From the NCBI GenBank assembly GCA_965248265.1, contig CBDFJF010000001.1, positions 1,856,001 through 1,920,000 of the forward strand: DNA of 64,000 nucleotides, written 5' to 3'. The DNA is from Candidatus Latescibacterota bacterium (GTDB taxonomy: Bacteria > Latescibacterota > UBA2968 > UBA8231). The notes below the pieces were generated by a model. The model searched no databases and was not told the DNA's origin. It saw nothing but the letters and a program-made list of their open reading frames with translations. Made by a program: the position numbers and the translations under genes. Of this stretch, positions 24,181 through 33,838 are shown in pieces (the first letter of the stretch is position 1; the number at the start of each line of letters is the position of its first letter).

Positions 24181-24231
24181 CTAACGAGATTGATATTACA
24201 ACGAAAGTATTGTGAAAGGACGATACCTGCG

Positions 24232-24654
24232 ATGGCTTCCTCTCCCAACTCAAAGCTGGATTCGATCAGAATACAGACGGCACGGATGCTCGAGATCTAC
24301 GCCCTGCTCAGGCGACAATTGAAAGAAGGTAACATCCACCTACCCCCGGAAAAGCACGAGCAACTCAGTGGCGCAATCCGTACGATCGCCAAGAATATGC
24401 TGCAGTTGCAGTCCTACCACATATCCCACCAACCGAAGGAAGAAACTTCCTCGAGGGCGGAGCGCGAGGAAGTGACTTCCCGAGGCGATGGGATCGAGGC
24501 CCCGAACCTGAACGACCTGGCGACCAACGCTTCGTTGGCTCCCAAAGATCCCTCATCCGAAGGGTTGCCCGTATCTCCCGCCGAATTGCAGGAACTGGAT
24601 GACATCGTCAATCAGGTTCTGCAGTGGCACATGGCAAACGGCGGTGTGGTCTGA
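24232..24654 (+). CDS. Hypothetical protein (helical N-terminus, acidic linker)
   Basis: AAAGGA RBS; fills the gap between tilS and lexA; no family recognised. Confidence 0.65.
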   Translation: MASSPNSKLDSIRIQTARMLEIYALLRRQLKEGNIHLPPEKHEQLSGAIRTIAKNMLQLQSYHISHQPKEETSSRAEREEVTSRGDGIEAPNLNDLATNASLAPKDPSSEGLPVSPAELQELDDIVNQVLQWHMANGGVV

Positions 24655-24730
24655 CGAACCACCGGCAGGAAAGCCTCAAATGCCTGCTGAACCCAGTTCC
24701 AACCGACGTCCCCGCCGTAGCGCCAACCCC

Positions 24731-24760
24731 TTGACAAATGCACGAATGTGCAGTAAATAT
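24731..24760 (+). promoter_or_regulatory. lexA promoter containing a LexA box TGCAC-N4-GTGCA
   Basis: TTGACA at 24731; perfect inverted repeat TGCACGAATGTGCA at 24739-24752 in the -35/-10 spacer. Confidence 0.75.
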
Positions 24761-24813
24761 TTGGATAGGAGTTGAGGTACATACGCGCATCCTCCCCGGA
24801 CGGAGACCGCCCC

Positions 24814-25440
24814 ATGCCCAAGCAACTGACGGACAGACAGCAAGTCATCTACGACTTCATTGCCCGGATCATCCGCAGTCGCGGGGCCCCGCCCACGATT
24901 CGTGAGATCATGGACGAGTTCGAGATCAGCTCTACGAATGGGGTCAGGACCACGCTGGCTGCTCTCGAACGGAAGGGGCATATCCGGCGCCTGCCCCGGC
25001 TCTCTCGCGGTATCGAGCTGGTTGATTATGCTGAACCCGAGACCCTGTCGCTGGAAACCGTGGAAGTACCCATTCTCGGCAGAGTTGCCGCCGGCGCGCC
25101 CATCCTGGCGGCCGAGAACTTCGAGGGTGCCGTGCATGTGGATAAGTCGTTGACCACTGGAGGCGACCTGTTTGCCTTGCGGGTCCACGGCGAGAGCATG
25201 AAGAATGCCGGCATACTCGACGGTGACATCGTCGTCGCACGGCAGCAGGAGAACGCCGATCGTGGTGAAATCGTCGTCGCCATCATCGAAGATGAGGCTA
25301 CCGTCAAGCGCTTCTTTCGGGACCCGGATGGAGTGCGCCTTGAACCTGAGAACGAGACCTTCCGGCCCATCCACGTCACCGCTGACAGCGGAGAGTTCCG
25401 CATCGCGGGCAAGGTCGTGGGCTTGATGCGCCGGTTCTGA
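24814..25440 (+). CDS. lexA: SOS repressor LexA
   Basis: LTDRQQ, PPTIREI, LERKGHI, cleavage site GRVAAG, GESM (Ser), ATVKR (Lys). Confidence 0.96.
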   Translation: MPKQLTDRQQVIYDFIARIIRSRGAPPTIREIMDEFEISSTNGVRTTLAALERKGHIRRLPRLSRGIELVDYAEPETLSLETVEVPILGRVAAGAPILAAENFEGAVHVDKSLTTGGDLFALRVHGESMKNAGILDGDIVVARQQENADRGEIVVAIIEDEATVKRFFRDPDGVRLEPENETFRPIHVTADSGEFRIAGKVVGLMRRF

Positions 25441-25512
25441 GCCCCTCCCACCACCGGAAGTGAGTGCCGACTTGAACACACCGAGTCGGTACGCGTTCGT
25501 ATTCCCTCTACC

Positions 25513-26871
25513 ATGAAAACGACGAGTCATGCCATCGACGCCACCGGGCGACGACGGGATGCTCTGACGATCTTCCAGTCCGCCGTCGATGCGGCCGATC
25601 CTGAGCGCTGCGTGCACGCCGCCGTTCAACTGGATGACGACGAGCTCCACGTCGCCGGCGCAGATTCCCCCTACGACCTGAGCACGTTCTCGCGCATCTG
25701 TATCGTCGGGGCCGGCAAAGCCACCCCTGCGATGGCAGCTGCGGTGGAAGATATTCTCGGCGACCGCATTGCCGTAGGAGCGATCAACACCAAGTACGGA
25801 CACGCCGACTCGCGCTTGCGGCGAATCTCCACCACCGAGTGCGGCCATCCGATCCCGGATGAGGCCGGAGTGGAGGGCACTGCCGAAATGGTCCAACTGC
25901 TCAAGGATTCGGACGAGGACAGCCTTGTCATCTGCTTGTTCTCGGGCGGCGGATCGGCCCTGATGCCTGCGCCCGTGGAAGGTATTTCACTCGCCGAGAA
26001 GCAGGAGACCACGCAGCAGTTGCTCGCCTGCGGCGCCACCATCGACGAGATCAACACCATCCGCAAGCACCTGTCGTTGGTGAAAGGTGGGCGTACGGCC
26101 AGGCTCGCGGCACCGGCCACGGCCATCTCGCTGGTCATATCCGATGTCATCGGTGATCGACTGGATACCATTGCCTCCGGACCGCTGTACCCGGATCAGA
26201 CGACCTACGGTGATTGCCTAGAGATCTTCACCCGCTTCGGGTTGCTCGAACGGCTGCCACCGAAGGTTCTCGATTACATGAAAGCTGGAGACCGCGGTGA
26301 TGAGCCAGAGACCGCGGGGCCAGACGACCCCTCCTTTGCCCGCTGCGCCAACTACGTTGTCGGCAACATCAGCCTCTCCATCGATGCAGCGCGCCGTTCT
26401 GCTGCTGAACTCGGATATGAACCGCTCATTCTCTCATCACGAATAGCCGGTGAAACACGTGAGGTGGCGGCCGTCCACACCGCGATCGCCCAGGAGGCTG
26501 TAGAGAGTGGTCGTCCGGCTGGAGCACCAGCCTGCATCATCAGTGGTGGCGAGACTACCGTGACTCTGAAGGGTTCGGGGAAAGGCGGACGCAACCAGGA
26601 ATTCGCCCTTGCGGCAGCCATTGAACTGGATGGATGGGACGGGATCACAGGGTTGAGTGGCGGTACCGACGGCACCGATGGTCCGACCGATGCCGCTGGA
26701 GCCATCTCCGATGGGGGCACGGTTGCACGAGCTGCGGCCCTGGGAATGGATGCCGCCGGCTATCTGGATGACAACGATTCATACCATTTCTTCAGTGCCC
26801 TCGATGATCTGGTGATTACAGGACCGACGGGGACCAATGTCATGGATCTGCGGCTCTTCTTGATCTCCTGA
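25513..26871 (+). CDS. Glycerate 2-kinase, MOFRL family
   Basis: VGAGKA, GHPIPD, SGGGSAL, RKHLSLVKGG, SDVIGD, GGETTV, GGRNQE, GTDGTDGPTDAAG, TGTNVMD. Confidence 0.92.
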   Translation: MKTTSHAIDATGRRRDALTIFQSAVDAADPERCVHAAVQLDDDELHVAGADSPYDLSTFSRICIVGAGKATPAMAAAVEDILGDRIAVGAINTKYGHADSRLRRISTTECGHPIPDEAGVEGTAEMVQLLKDSDEDSLVICLFSGGGSALMPAPVEGISLAEKQETTQQLLACGATIDEINTIRKHLSLVKGGRTARLAAPATAISLVISDVIGDRLDTIASGPLYPDQTTYGDCLEIFTRFGLLERLPPKVLDYMKAGDRGDEPETAGPDDPSFARCANYVVGNISLSIDAARRSAAELGYEPLILSSRIAGETREVAAVHTAIAQEAVESGRPAGAPACIISGGETTVTLKGSGKGGRNQEFALAAAIELDGWDGITGLSGGTDGTDGPTDAAGAISDGGTVARAAALGMDAAGYLDDNDSYHFFSALDDLVITGPTGTNVMDLRLFLIS

Positions 26872-27111
26872 TTCATCTGCCTCCCGTCTCACGCCCTGCC
26901 GTGTGCCAAATTGGGGTTGATCCTGAGTGAGGAACGGATCCCCCCGGTCGCGCGTATAACGAGTAGGACAATGCCTGACCGTGTTCCCCGTGGGCACCCC
27001 TGCTGCCTTTGTCGCTACTGAGGCGCGCTTGACACCTCCAAGGTGACGGGTATAGGTTTGTTTTTCCTTCGGTTATCCACCACTGCCATCATCGTGAGCC
27101 ACCGATCTTTC

Positions 27112-28068
27112 ATGCTCCGACTGTTCTCAACTTTGTTGTTCGCCAGCTTGTTCGGGGGGACTCTGCTCCTGGCTCAGCGCAGTACGGCGGCAACCGCCTA
27201 CGCAGGAGAATTCCTGGCTGTGGGGGCTGGCGCCCGGGCCAGTGCCCTTGGCAACGCTTACGTCGCCATGGTCGACGACGCCACGGCCGGATACTGGAAC
27301 CCGGCAGCGCTGGCGACGGTCACGCAGGGCGAATTGCATTTTACCCACGCGGACCGCTTTTCCGGTCTCGTGAGTCAGGACTTCGTGGCGGTGGCCTTGC
27401 CGCGTTTCGCCCTGTTCGATACCGGAGCATTCAGTCTGCTGCGCGTCGGCGTTGACGACATCCCGTTCACTCGTCTGCAGAATGAGGCGCTACCGGTAGG
27501 ACCGGATAATCGTCCGCTGGTGGCGTCAACGGAGACCAGCCAGGATCTTGCCTTCCTGCTTTCCGGGGGTCGGAAGCTCACTGAGGCGCTGGATCTTGGT
27601 CTTACCGGAAAGCTCATCTACCGGACAGTCGATCAGTTCTCTGCCTACGGCTTCGGCGTCGACCTGGGCTTGCGTTACCGTCTGGCCAACGGCCTCGTGC
27701 TGGCCGCCAATGTCCGCGACCTGACGTCCACTCCAATATTGTGGAATGAGGGGCTCGGCACCGATCGCATACAGCCGTCGCTGGGACTGGGACTGGCCCT
27801 GCAGCGGGCCCTCGGCGCCGGCATGGCCTCACTGTCGCTGGGCTCCAGGTCCGGCGGCAATGCTGAGGACAATTCGGGTGCCGAGCCAGTCAACGCTGGC
27901 ATCGAATACGTGGTCGGCAAGGTCGCCCTGCGAGGTGGCCTGGAGGAGGGGCGCCAATCGTTCGGACTGGGTCTGGAAGTGCACAATCGGCTGACACTCG
28001 ACGCCGCGTACCTGCAGCACGACGATCTCAAATCCACCTACTTCTTCAGCGGCTCGATCGGACTCTGA
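27112..28068 (+). CDS. PorV/FadL-family outer-membrane beta-barrel (second PorV-like paralog)
   Basis: Signal peptide; YAGEFLAVGAGARASALGNA...DDATAGYWNPAAL; amphipathic strands; TTGACA promoter at 27029. Confidence 0.75.
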   Translation: MLRLFSTLLFASLFGGTLLLAQRSTAATAYAGEFLAVGAGARASALGNAYVAMVDDATAGYWNPAALATVTQGELHFTHADRFSGLVSQDFVAVALPRFALFDTGAFSLLRVGVDDIPFTRLQNEALPVGPDNRPLVASTETSQDLAFLLSGGRKLTEALDLGLTGKLIYRTVDQFSAYGFGVDLGLRYRLANGLVLAANVRDLTSTPILWNEGLGTDRIQPSLGLGLALQRALGAGMASLSLGSRSGGNAEDNSGAEPVNAGIEYVVGKVALRGGLEEGRQSFGLGLEVHNRLTLDAAYLQHDDLKSTYFFSGSIGL

Positions 28069-28097
28069 GCTCAGCTACTTCTTCTTCGAATGCCCCG

Positions 28098-28991
28098 ATG
28101 GGGGACGGCGGCCGCTGCGGCTATGCGGCGATAGTCGGCCGCCCCAACGCCGGTAAGTCGACCTTCTTCAACGCAGCGCTCGGACAGCGTTTCTCCATCG
28201 TCACATCCAAACCCCAAACGACCCGGTCACGGATCGTCGGTGTGCTGACACGCGGATCGACCCAAACTGTGTTCCTGGACACGCCCGGACTCCTGGAGCC
28301 CAGCTATCGGCTGCACCACTTTATGGTACGGCAAGCCGAACGCTCGGCTACCGAAGCCGACGTCGCTCTCCTGCTGGTGGACGGAACCCGTCCGTTCGAC
28401 CGCTTCGACCTGGTCACTGACCTGGTCGACCGGCTTCATGTGCCGCTGATCGCGGCCATCAACAAGATCGACAAGGTCCCGTTGGAGAGACTGAGCGGGA
28501 TGGTCGAGGAAGTGCGCACCCGCCTGAGGTTGGACGAGGTGCTGACGATGTCCGCTCTTCGTGGACAACACGTCGACGAAACGCTGGACCAACTCGAGCA
28601 GAGACTTCCGTTCGGCCCGAAGCTTTACCCCGACGATATGATCGCCGAGCAACCGGAGCGTTTTTTCGTCGCCGAATTCATTCGACAGGCTGCCTTCGAT
28701 CAACTCTCCGACGAGCTGCCTTATTCGATCGAGGTAACGATCGATGAATTCAGAGACGGCTCCGGGCCTGACAAGACCTACATTCACGCCACCTTGTTCG
28801 TTGAGCGAGAGAGCCAGAAGGGAATCGTGATCGGTCGCAAGGCCAGTCGCCTGAGAAGCATCGGCAGTGACGCCCGTCGGGAGGTAGAAACCCTCCTGGA
28901 CAGGCCGGTGTTTCTGGATCTGCGCGTGAAGGTAAGACCCGATTGGCGCGACAAAGACAGGGATCTGAAAGAGTTCGGGTATGAACAATAG
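28098..28991 (+). CDS. era: GTPase Era
   Basis: GRPNAGKST, PQTTR, DTPG, NKID, KH motif GIVIGRKA. Confidence 0.96.
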   Translation: MGDGGRCGYAAIVGRPNAGKSTFFNAALGQRFSIVTSKPQTTRSRIVGVLTRGSTQTVFLDTPGLLEPSYRLHHFMVRQAERSATEADVALLLVDGTRPFDRFDLVTDLVDRLHVPLIAAINKIDKVPLERLSGMVEEVRTRLRLDEVLTMSALRGQHVDETLDQLEQRLPFGPKLYPDDMIAEQPERFFVAEFIRQAAFDQLSDELPYSIEVTIDEFRDGSGPDKTYIHATLFVERESQKGIVIGRKASRLRSIGSDARREVETLLDRPVFLDLRVKVRPDWRDKDRDLKEFGYEQ

Positions 28992-29009
28992 GAAGGAGGG
29001 TGAACGGCG

Positions 29010-30353
29010 ATGAAGGTTCTAGTCGTTGGCAAGGGTGGTCGGGAGCACGCGTTGATCTGGAAGATCGCCCAGTCACCGAGGGTCGAAGCCATCTTTGCTG
29101 CTCCGGGCAGCCCGGGCATAGCACCCCTGGCGACCTGCCTCAGCGATTTGCGCCTGGATAAACCCGCCTCGGACCGCGAAGGTTTGTTGCAGGAAATCGA
29201 CCACCTGTTGGATTTCGTCGACGAGCAAGCCATCGATCTGACAGTTGTTGGACCGGAAGATCCCCTCTCCGTCGGCATCGTCGATCGGCTCGAGGCTGGT
29301 GGCCACAAGGTCTTTGGACCCTCCGCGGCAGCTGCCAGGATAGAGAGCGACAAGACCTTCTCCAAGGATCTGATGGCCCGTATCGGTGTTCCCACGGCCG
29401 CGCATCGATCGTTCTCCGATAGCGACGAAGCCCGCGCCCACATTCGTACGGTAGGTGCCCCGATTGTAATCAAGGCATCCGGCCTCGCGGCCGGCAAAGG
29501 CGTGACCGTGGCGGCCACCATCGATGAAGCGCTCTCGGCCGTCGACCGGATCATGGATCAGTCGATTTTCGGCGAGGCTGGCGCCGAGGTCGTGATCGAA
29601 CAGTTCCTCGAAGGCGAGGAAGCCTCCTTGTTCGCCATAACGGACGGCAACGAATTCGTCACCCTGGTCACTGCTCAGGATCACAAGCCTATCGGGGAAG
29701 GCGACGTCGGACCAAACACCGGAGGAATGGGGGCCTACGCACCCGCGCCGGTGATGACGGCACAGCTCGTACGCACTGCCGAAGATCAGGTGATCATGCC
29801 GGTTTTGGCCGAAATGCGTCGGCTGGGGACCCCCTTTTGCGGCGTGCTCTATGTCGGGTTGATCATCACCGAAGAGGGCCCGATGGTGATCGAGTTCAAT
29901 TGCCGATTCGGAGATCCTGAAGCACAGGTGGTCCTACCCCTGCTGGCGTGCGACCTCGTTGACTTGATGGAAGCCGTCGCCGACGGCGATCTCAGTCGCG
30001 TCGACAGCGCGCCCGTCCGTGACGGCGCCGCGGTCTGTGTCGTGCTGGCATCTCAGGGATATCCCGACGCCTATGAAACTGGCAAAGTTATCGAAGGACT
30101 GGACTATTTCACGGGTCGCGACGACCAGATGGCTTTCCACTCCGGAACGACTTTGAAGGATGGCTCTGTCGCCACTGATGGCGGGCGGGTTTTGGGCGTC
30201 ACCGCGCTGGGAGAAGACATACCCTCCGCTCTAAAAGGCGCCTACGACGCGGTCGACGAGGTCTCCTTCGAAGGTAAGCTGTACCGGCGCGATATCGCTC
30301 ACCGAGCCATGGCTCGGCTGGGCCTCCCCATCGCCCATGGCGGCAAGTCCTGA
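29010..30353 (+). CDS. purD: Phosphoribosylamine-glycine ligase
   Basis: GGREHAL, VGPEDPL, GLAAGKGV, QDHK, GPNTGGMGAY, EFNCRFGDPE. Confidence 0.97.
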   Translation: MKVLVVGKGGREHALIWKIAQSPRVEAIFAAPGSPGIAPLATCLSDLRLDKPASDREGLLQEIDHLLDFVDEQAIDLTVVGPEDPLSVGIVDRLEAGGHKVFGPSAAAARIESDKTFSKDLMARIGVPTAAHRSFSDSDEARAHIRTVGAPIVIKASGLAAGKGVTVAATIDEALSAVDRIMDQSIFGEAGAEVVIEQFLEGEEASLFAITDGNEFVTLVTAQDHKPIGEGDVGPNTGGMGAYAPAPVMTAQLVRTAEDQVIMPVLAEMRRLGTPFCGVLYVGLIITEEGPMVIEFNCRFGDPEAQVVLPLLACDLVDLMEAVADGDLSRVDSAPVRDGAAVCVVLASQGYPDAYETGKVIEGLDYFTGRDDQMAFHSGTTLKDGSVATDGGRVLGVTALGEDIPSALKGAYDAVDEVSFEGKLYRRDIAHRAMARLGLPIAHGGKS

Positions 30354-30363
30354 TCTCAAAAGA

Positions 30364-30404
30364 AAACAGCGCCTCGCCATTTGGGGATTGACGAGACGCT
30401 GTTT
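30364..30404. terminator. Hairpin between convergent genes, probable bidirectional terminator
   Basis: AAACAGCGCCTCG...CGAGACGCTGTTT inverted repeat. Confidence 0.55.
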
Positions 30405-30464
30405 GATTGATCGCCAGGTTGTCGGGGTCGGGGGCAGCGACCCCGCGATGCCGAACGTGCTTCC

Positions 30465-30523
30465 TATCCGGCCAGCCGCTTCTTATCCAGCCAGCAGTTA
30501 TCCGGCCAGCAGTTATCCGGCCA
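30465..30523. repeat. 15-bp tandem repeat copying the 3' end and stop codon of the adjacent gene
   Basis: Minus strand ATGGCCGGATAA-CTGCTGGCCGGATAA-CTGCTGGCTGGATAA-...CTGGCCGGATAG. Confidence 0.85.
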
Positions 30524-30884
30524 TGGTATCGACGATTTCGCCCATACCCTCCTGCTGCTGGGTGCTCGGAGCTTGGCTTTCTTCCTGCGCCTGCGTCCGG
30601 GTCTCCTGAACCCGGGTGCGTTGCTCCTCGCGATCTGCTCTTGCGGCTGCTGCGGACGTCCGTCGCTCTTCGTTCTCTACCTGCTGAGCGGTGGCCGCCG
30701 CTGTCCGGGATTGAGTTTGTCGCTCCGCCCGTGCATCACGTTCTTGACGGATTTCATTGCGACGCTCATTCCTTTCTGCTTCGCGCTGTTCGCGGTCCTC
30801 ACGGACTTGCTGCTGCTGCTGTCCATTCTGGGCCGCGGTCTGCGCGCCTCTGAGCTGCTGGGCAGCTCCGCCTACTTCGGACAT
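30513..30884 (-). CDS. Low-complexity Q/R/E-rich 123-aa protein ending GEIVDTMAG
   Basis: AAGGAGGT RBS before ATG 30884; TTGACT-16 nt-TATATT upstream. Confidence 0.75.
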   Translation of the reverse strand: MSEVGGAAQQLRGAQTAAQNGQQQQQVREDREQREAERNERRNEIRQERDARAERQTQSRTAAATAQQVENEERRTSAAAARADREEQRTRVQETRTQAQEESQAPSTQQQEGMGEIVDTMAG

Positions 30885-31122
30885 GGCATACCTCCTTGAG
30901 AGTACTCTTGCCTCCTTGCTGTCGAGCAATATAGTAAACGCCAATCCAAAGTCAAGGTAAATCAACGCGGGGCAAGCAGTTACCTCCTCCTGACGCAGCC
31001 TGCCACGACCTCGAGATGAGGGCGTCAGAGTGTCTCGCGAGCGTCGGGAGGTGGTCTTATGTTCAAGGTACCGACCGGAATTACGGCAACTCCATCCCAC
31101 ACTGAGAAATTGCTGAAAACAG

Positions 31123-31488
31123 ATGCCTGACGACGTCCTGCGCCTCCGAAACATGCGTTTTTATGGCTACCACGGCCTGTTTCCCGAGGAGGAGACCCTG
31201 GGCCAGCCTTTCGAGGTCGATGTGGAGCTCATCCGCGATCTATCGGCTGCCGGGAAGACGGACGATCCAGGACAAACCGTCGATTACGTGGCGATCTACA
31301 AGCTGGTGGAGGAAGCGATGACCCAGGAGCGCTGCAAACTGGTGGAGGCGCTCGCCGAGCGCATCGCCGACCGCGTTGGCGGAGCCTGCCAACCAGTGGA
31401 AGTCGTAGTTCGGGTCCGCAAACCCCATCCCCCCGTCCAAGCCCACTTCGACGGCCTGGAAGTGGAAATTCGACGAACCTATGGGTGA
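31123..31488 (+). CDS. folB: Dihydroneopterin aldolase
   Basis: FYGYHGLFPEE, GQPFEVD, TVDY, LVEALAE, VRKP. Confidence 0.94.
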   Translation: MPDDVLRLRNMRFYGYHGLFPEEETLGQPFEVDVELIRDLSAAGKTDDPGQTVDYVAIYKLVEEAMTQERCKLVEALAERIADRVGGACQPVEVVVRVRKPHPPVQAHFDGLEVEIRRTYG

Positions 31489-32020
31489 TACCGCCTATAT
31501 CGGTATCGGCTCGAACCTGGGTGACCGTCTGGATTTGATGCGCCGGGCTGTCGACGATCTGAGACAGCAAGAAGGCATCGTTGTCGCGGATCGTTCATCT
31601 GTGTATGAATCACCCGGAATCGGGTTCGAAGAGCAGCCGGACTACCTCAATGCCGTCATCTCGGTCCAGACCGACTTGGCACCCTCCGAATTGCTGGAAA
31701 CGATGCTGTGCGTGGAGAAGCGCCTTGGCCGTACCCGCGAGAAGAAATGGGGACCACGCACCATCGACCTGGACCTGTTGCTTTACGGTGATCTCATCAT
31801 CTCGGAACCTGGACTCGTGGTTCCGCACCCGCACATGATGGAACGAGGGTTCGTGCTCTTGCCACTGTGCGAAATCAACCCGAGGCTCCTACATCCAGTG
31901 CAGGGCTTGCCTATCGCCGACTTCGCGCGCGCCTGCGACGACGGTACGGTGCGGATCCAGCTCACGAAGATCACTTCAGGTGGGTCAAGCGCCGATTCTC
32001 GACATGGGAATCTGCTTTGA
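31481..32020 (+). CDS. folK: HPPK (6-hydroxymethyl-dihydropterin pyrophosphokinase)
   Basis: IGIGSNLGDR, WGPRTIDLDLL, PHPHMMERGFVL. Confidence 0.95.
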   Translation: MGDTAYIGIGSNLGDRLDLMRRAVDDLRQQEGIVVADRSSVYESPGIGFEEQPDYLNAVISVQTDLAPSELLETMLCVEKRLGRTREKKWGPRTIDLDLLLYGDLIISEPGLVVPHPHMMERGFVLLPLCEINPRLLHPVQGLPIADFARACDDGTVRIQLTKITSGGSSADSRHGNLL

Positions 32021-33653
32021 GTTCGACCGAGTAGGAACCACTGGCGACGGCATGGCCATTGTCGTCCCGACCATCCCAGACAATTTGGTATTCCCCCGCG
32101 GACCGCTGACCAAGATCCCACAAACGCACGCGCTGGCCGTTGATCGAATAGACAGCAAGTTGGGCTTCGACAGACGGGGCATCGATGGCGAATCCGATGG
32201 TAACGGCTCCGTTGAACGGATTCGGGTAAGGCGGTGCCAACCGGGTGCTGACGACAGGAAGTGCAGCCGCCCCTTGGGAGACCGCCGTGATCATCGGACG
32301 GTTGGCAGAAATCGTGTAATCACCTCCCTGAAACGAAGTCTTGCCGACGATGAGAGCCAGGCTGTCGATGTCACTTACCGTCAGCTGGCCACGCCCGTCG
32401 TTGTCCAGGGGTAGGGACATCAGCTCGGTAGCCTGAGTCCGCATGATGTGTGCCCAGACGCTGAAACGGCCGGCGTCACCGCCATCGAATTCGATCGCCA
32501 GGTCTCCTGGAGTGCGAAAAAACACCGTCGTCGTCCCCCACTGCCCCTCTACGTGGCCGGTTGCCTCGACCAGCGGCAACTCCTCCACCGGGAAGGAAAC
32601 CGCGCTGCGCCGGCCGAGGGCGTCGTAGCTGCCATCCCCGTCACCGGCCTGGACGTAATTGGCCACCACCCATTGCTCCCACGCAGAGTCGAAATCCTCA
32701 GTTAAACCCACCGCTTCGAAGGCGTCGTCGACGCCGAAACGTCCGTTCCGCTGCTGTGCCACCAGGTTGCGGATGAGAGGCTGGCCGAAGCGCTCGGCCA
32801 GAAAGGACATGAGCAGGTAGGTAGAGCCGTAGTAGGCTGGGGACGCCCTTGCCGGCCAGTTGGTGAAATCGACGTCGGGTTGGTTGAGGAAAGCCGGCAC
32901 GGCGGCAGGATCCGCCTCCGGAAATCCAGCCAATTCCTCCGCGTACCCAGACAGGCCTTCATTGATCCAGCTTTCTTCATCAGTGTCATGTCCCCAATGA
33001 ATGAGATGCTGGAACTCATGCGACAACGTCCCTCGCGCCAGATAGGCATCTCGGCGGACTGCCCTCTCGTCCAGGTAGATGACATCACGACGCAATTCGG
33101 GTACCGGATGGGCTGCGACTGCCGGGTCAAAGTAGCCGACGAAGATCGGATCGGCGATGTCCAGGATCAGGATGAATATCTGGTCGTAGCCATCGACATC
33201 AGGTGGCTCCCCGAAGGCTTGCGACGAAAGCTCGTAGACTCCTCGACCAGGATCGGCGGGTGTAGACTGATCGAAGAGTTCAGCGATACCATCGACGTGT
33301 GACTGTAGAACCGACCCTCCATTCGTATCCCATTGCCGGTCCTCGACGAACACGAATGCGTGCTCACCGACGAATTGGCAGCTCGCCTGCAACAGGACAG
33401 ACGATCCGGATACTGGGAAGCCGAGTTGGGTGCCTACCGCTATTTCTTCCGCTTGCTGAGGTGAGAGGTGCAGTGATTTACCGGCTATCTCAGGAGTCGG
33501 AACAGCGGCTGCCTTCAACGCCAGCAGACGCGTACCACAGATCCTCCCCGCACTGTCATGGCTGTGTTGAGCAAAGGCGGTCACCTGAACCAGCAGCGTC
33601 CACGACAACAGCACGCATGAACGAGCGAGAACTGCGTTCTGGAGATGATTCAT
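31971..33653 (-). CDS. Secreted zinc metallopeptidase with C-terminal FlgD-Ig/T9SS type A sorting domain
   Basis: Signal peptide; ICGT (cysteine-switch-like); HEFQHLIH...WINEGLS; PYPNPFN...IVWDGRDDNGHAVASGSY...LTHLK. Confidence 0.8.
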   Translation of the reverse strand: MNHLQNAVLARSCVLLSWTLLVQVTAFAQHSHDSAGRICGTRLLALKAAAVPTPEIAGKSLHLSPQQAEEIAVGTQLGFPVSGSSVLLQASCQFVGEHAFVFVEDRQWDTNGGSVLQSHVDGIAELFDQSTPADPGRGVYELSSQAFGEPPDVDGYDQIFILILDIADPIFVGYFDPAVAAHPVPELRRDVIYLDERAVRRDAYLARGTLSHEFQHLIHWGHDTDEESWINEGLSGYAEELAGFPEADPAAVPAFLNQPDVDFTNWPARASPAYYGSTYLLMSFLAERFGQPLIRNLVAQQRNGRFGVDDAFEAVGLTEDFDSAWEQWVVANYVQAGDGDGSYDALGRRSAVSFPVEELPLVEATGHVEGQWGTTTVFFRTPGDLAIEFDGGDAGRFSVWAHIMRTQATELMSLPLDNDGRGQLTVSDIDSLALIVGKTSFQGGDYTISANRPMITAVSQGAAALPVVSTRLAPPYPNPFNGAVTIGFAIDAPSVEAQLAVYSINGQRVRLWDLGQRSAGEYQIVWDGRDDNGHAVASGSYSVELKADSHVENRRLTHLK

Positions 33654-33673
33654 CGGGATTCGACAACTAGCGA

Positions 33674-33838
33674 TAGAATCTCTTCGTGAGCGTGACCACG
33701 CCCTCCATATAAAATCTCTTCATGAGCGTGACCACGCCCTCCATATAAAATCTCTTCGTGAGCGTGACCACGCCCTCCATATAAAATCTCTTCGTGAGCG
33801 TGACAACGCCCCTTCATCTAGAATCTCTTCATGAGCGT
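33674..33838. repeat. 36-bp tandem repeat (~4.5 copies, no spacers) derived from the last codons of the adjacent gene
   Basis: AATCTCTTC at 33677, 33713, 33749, 33785, 33822; the last copy is the VTLMKRF-stop of ORF 33818-34471. Confidence 0.95.

Noticed and set aside
27073-27081. DnaA box / oriC (TTATCCACC)
   Set aside because: Single mismatched box with no cluster and no AT-rich unwinding element
31971-32020. 50-bp convergent overlap of folK and the CTD peptidase gene
   Set aside because: Short tail overlap of non-conserved folK residues; common in compact genomes
33674-33838. CRISPR array (36-bp repeats)
   Set aside because: Units are head-to-tail with no spacers, derive from the adjacent gene end, and no cas genes are present
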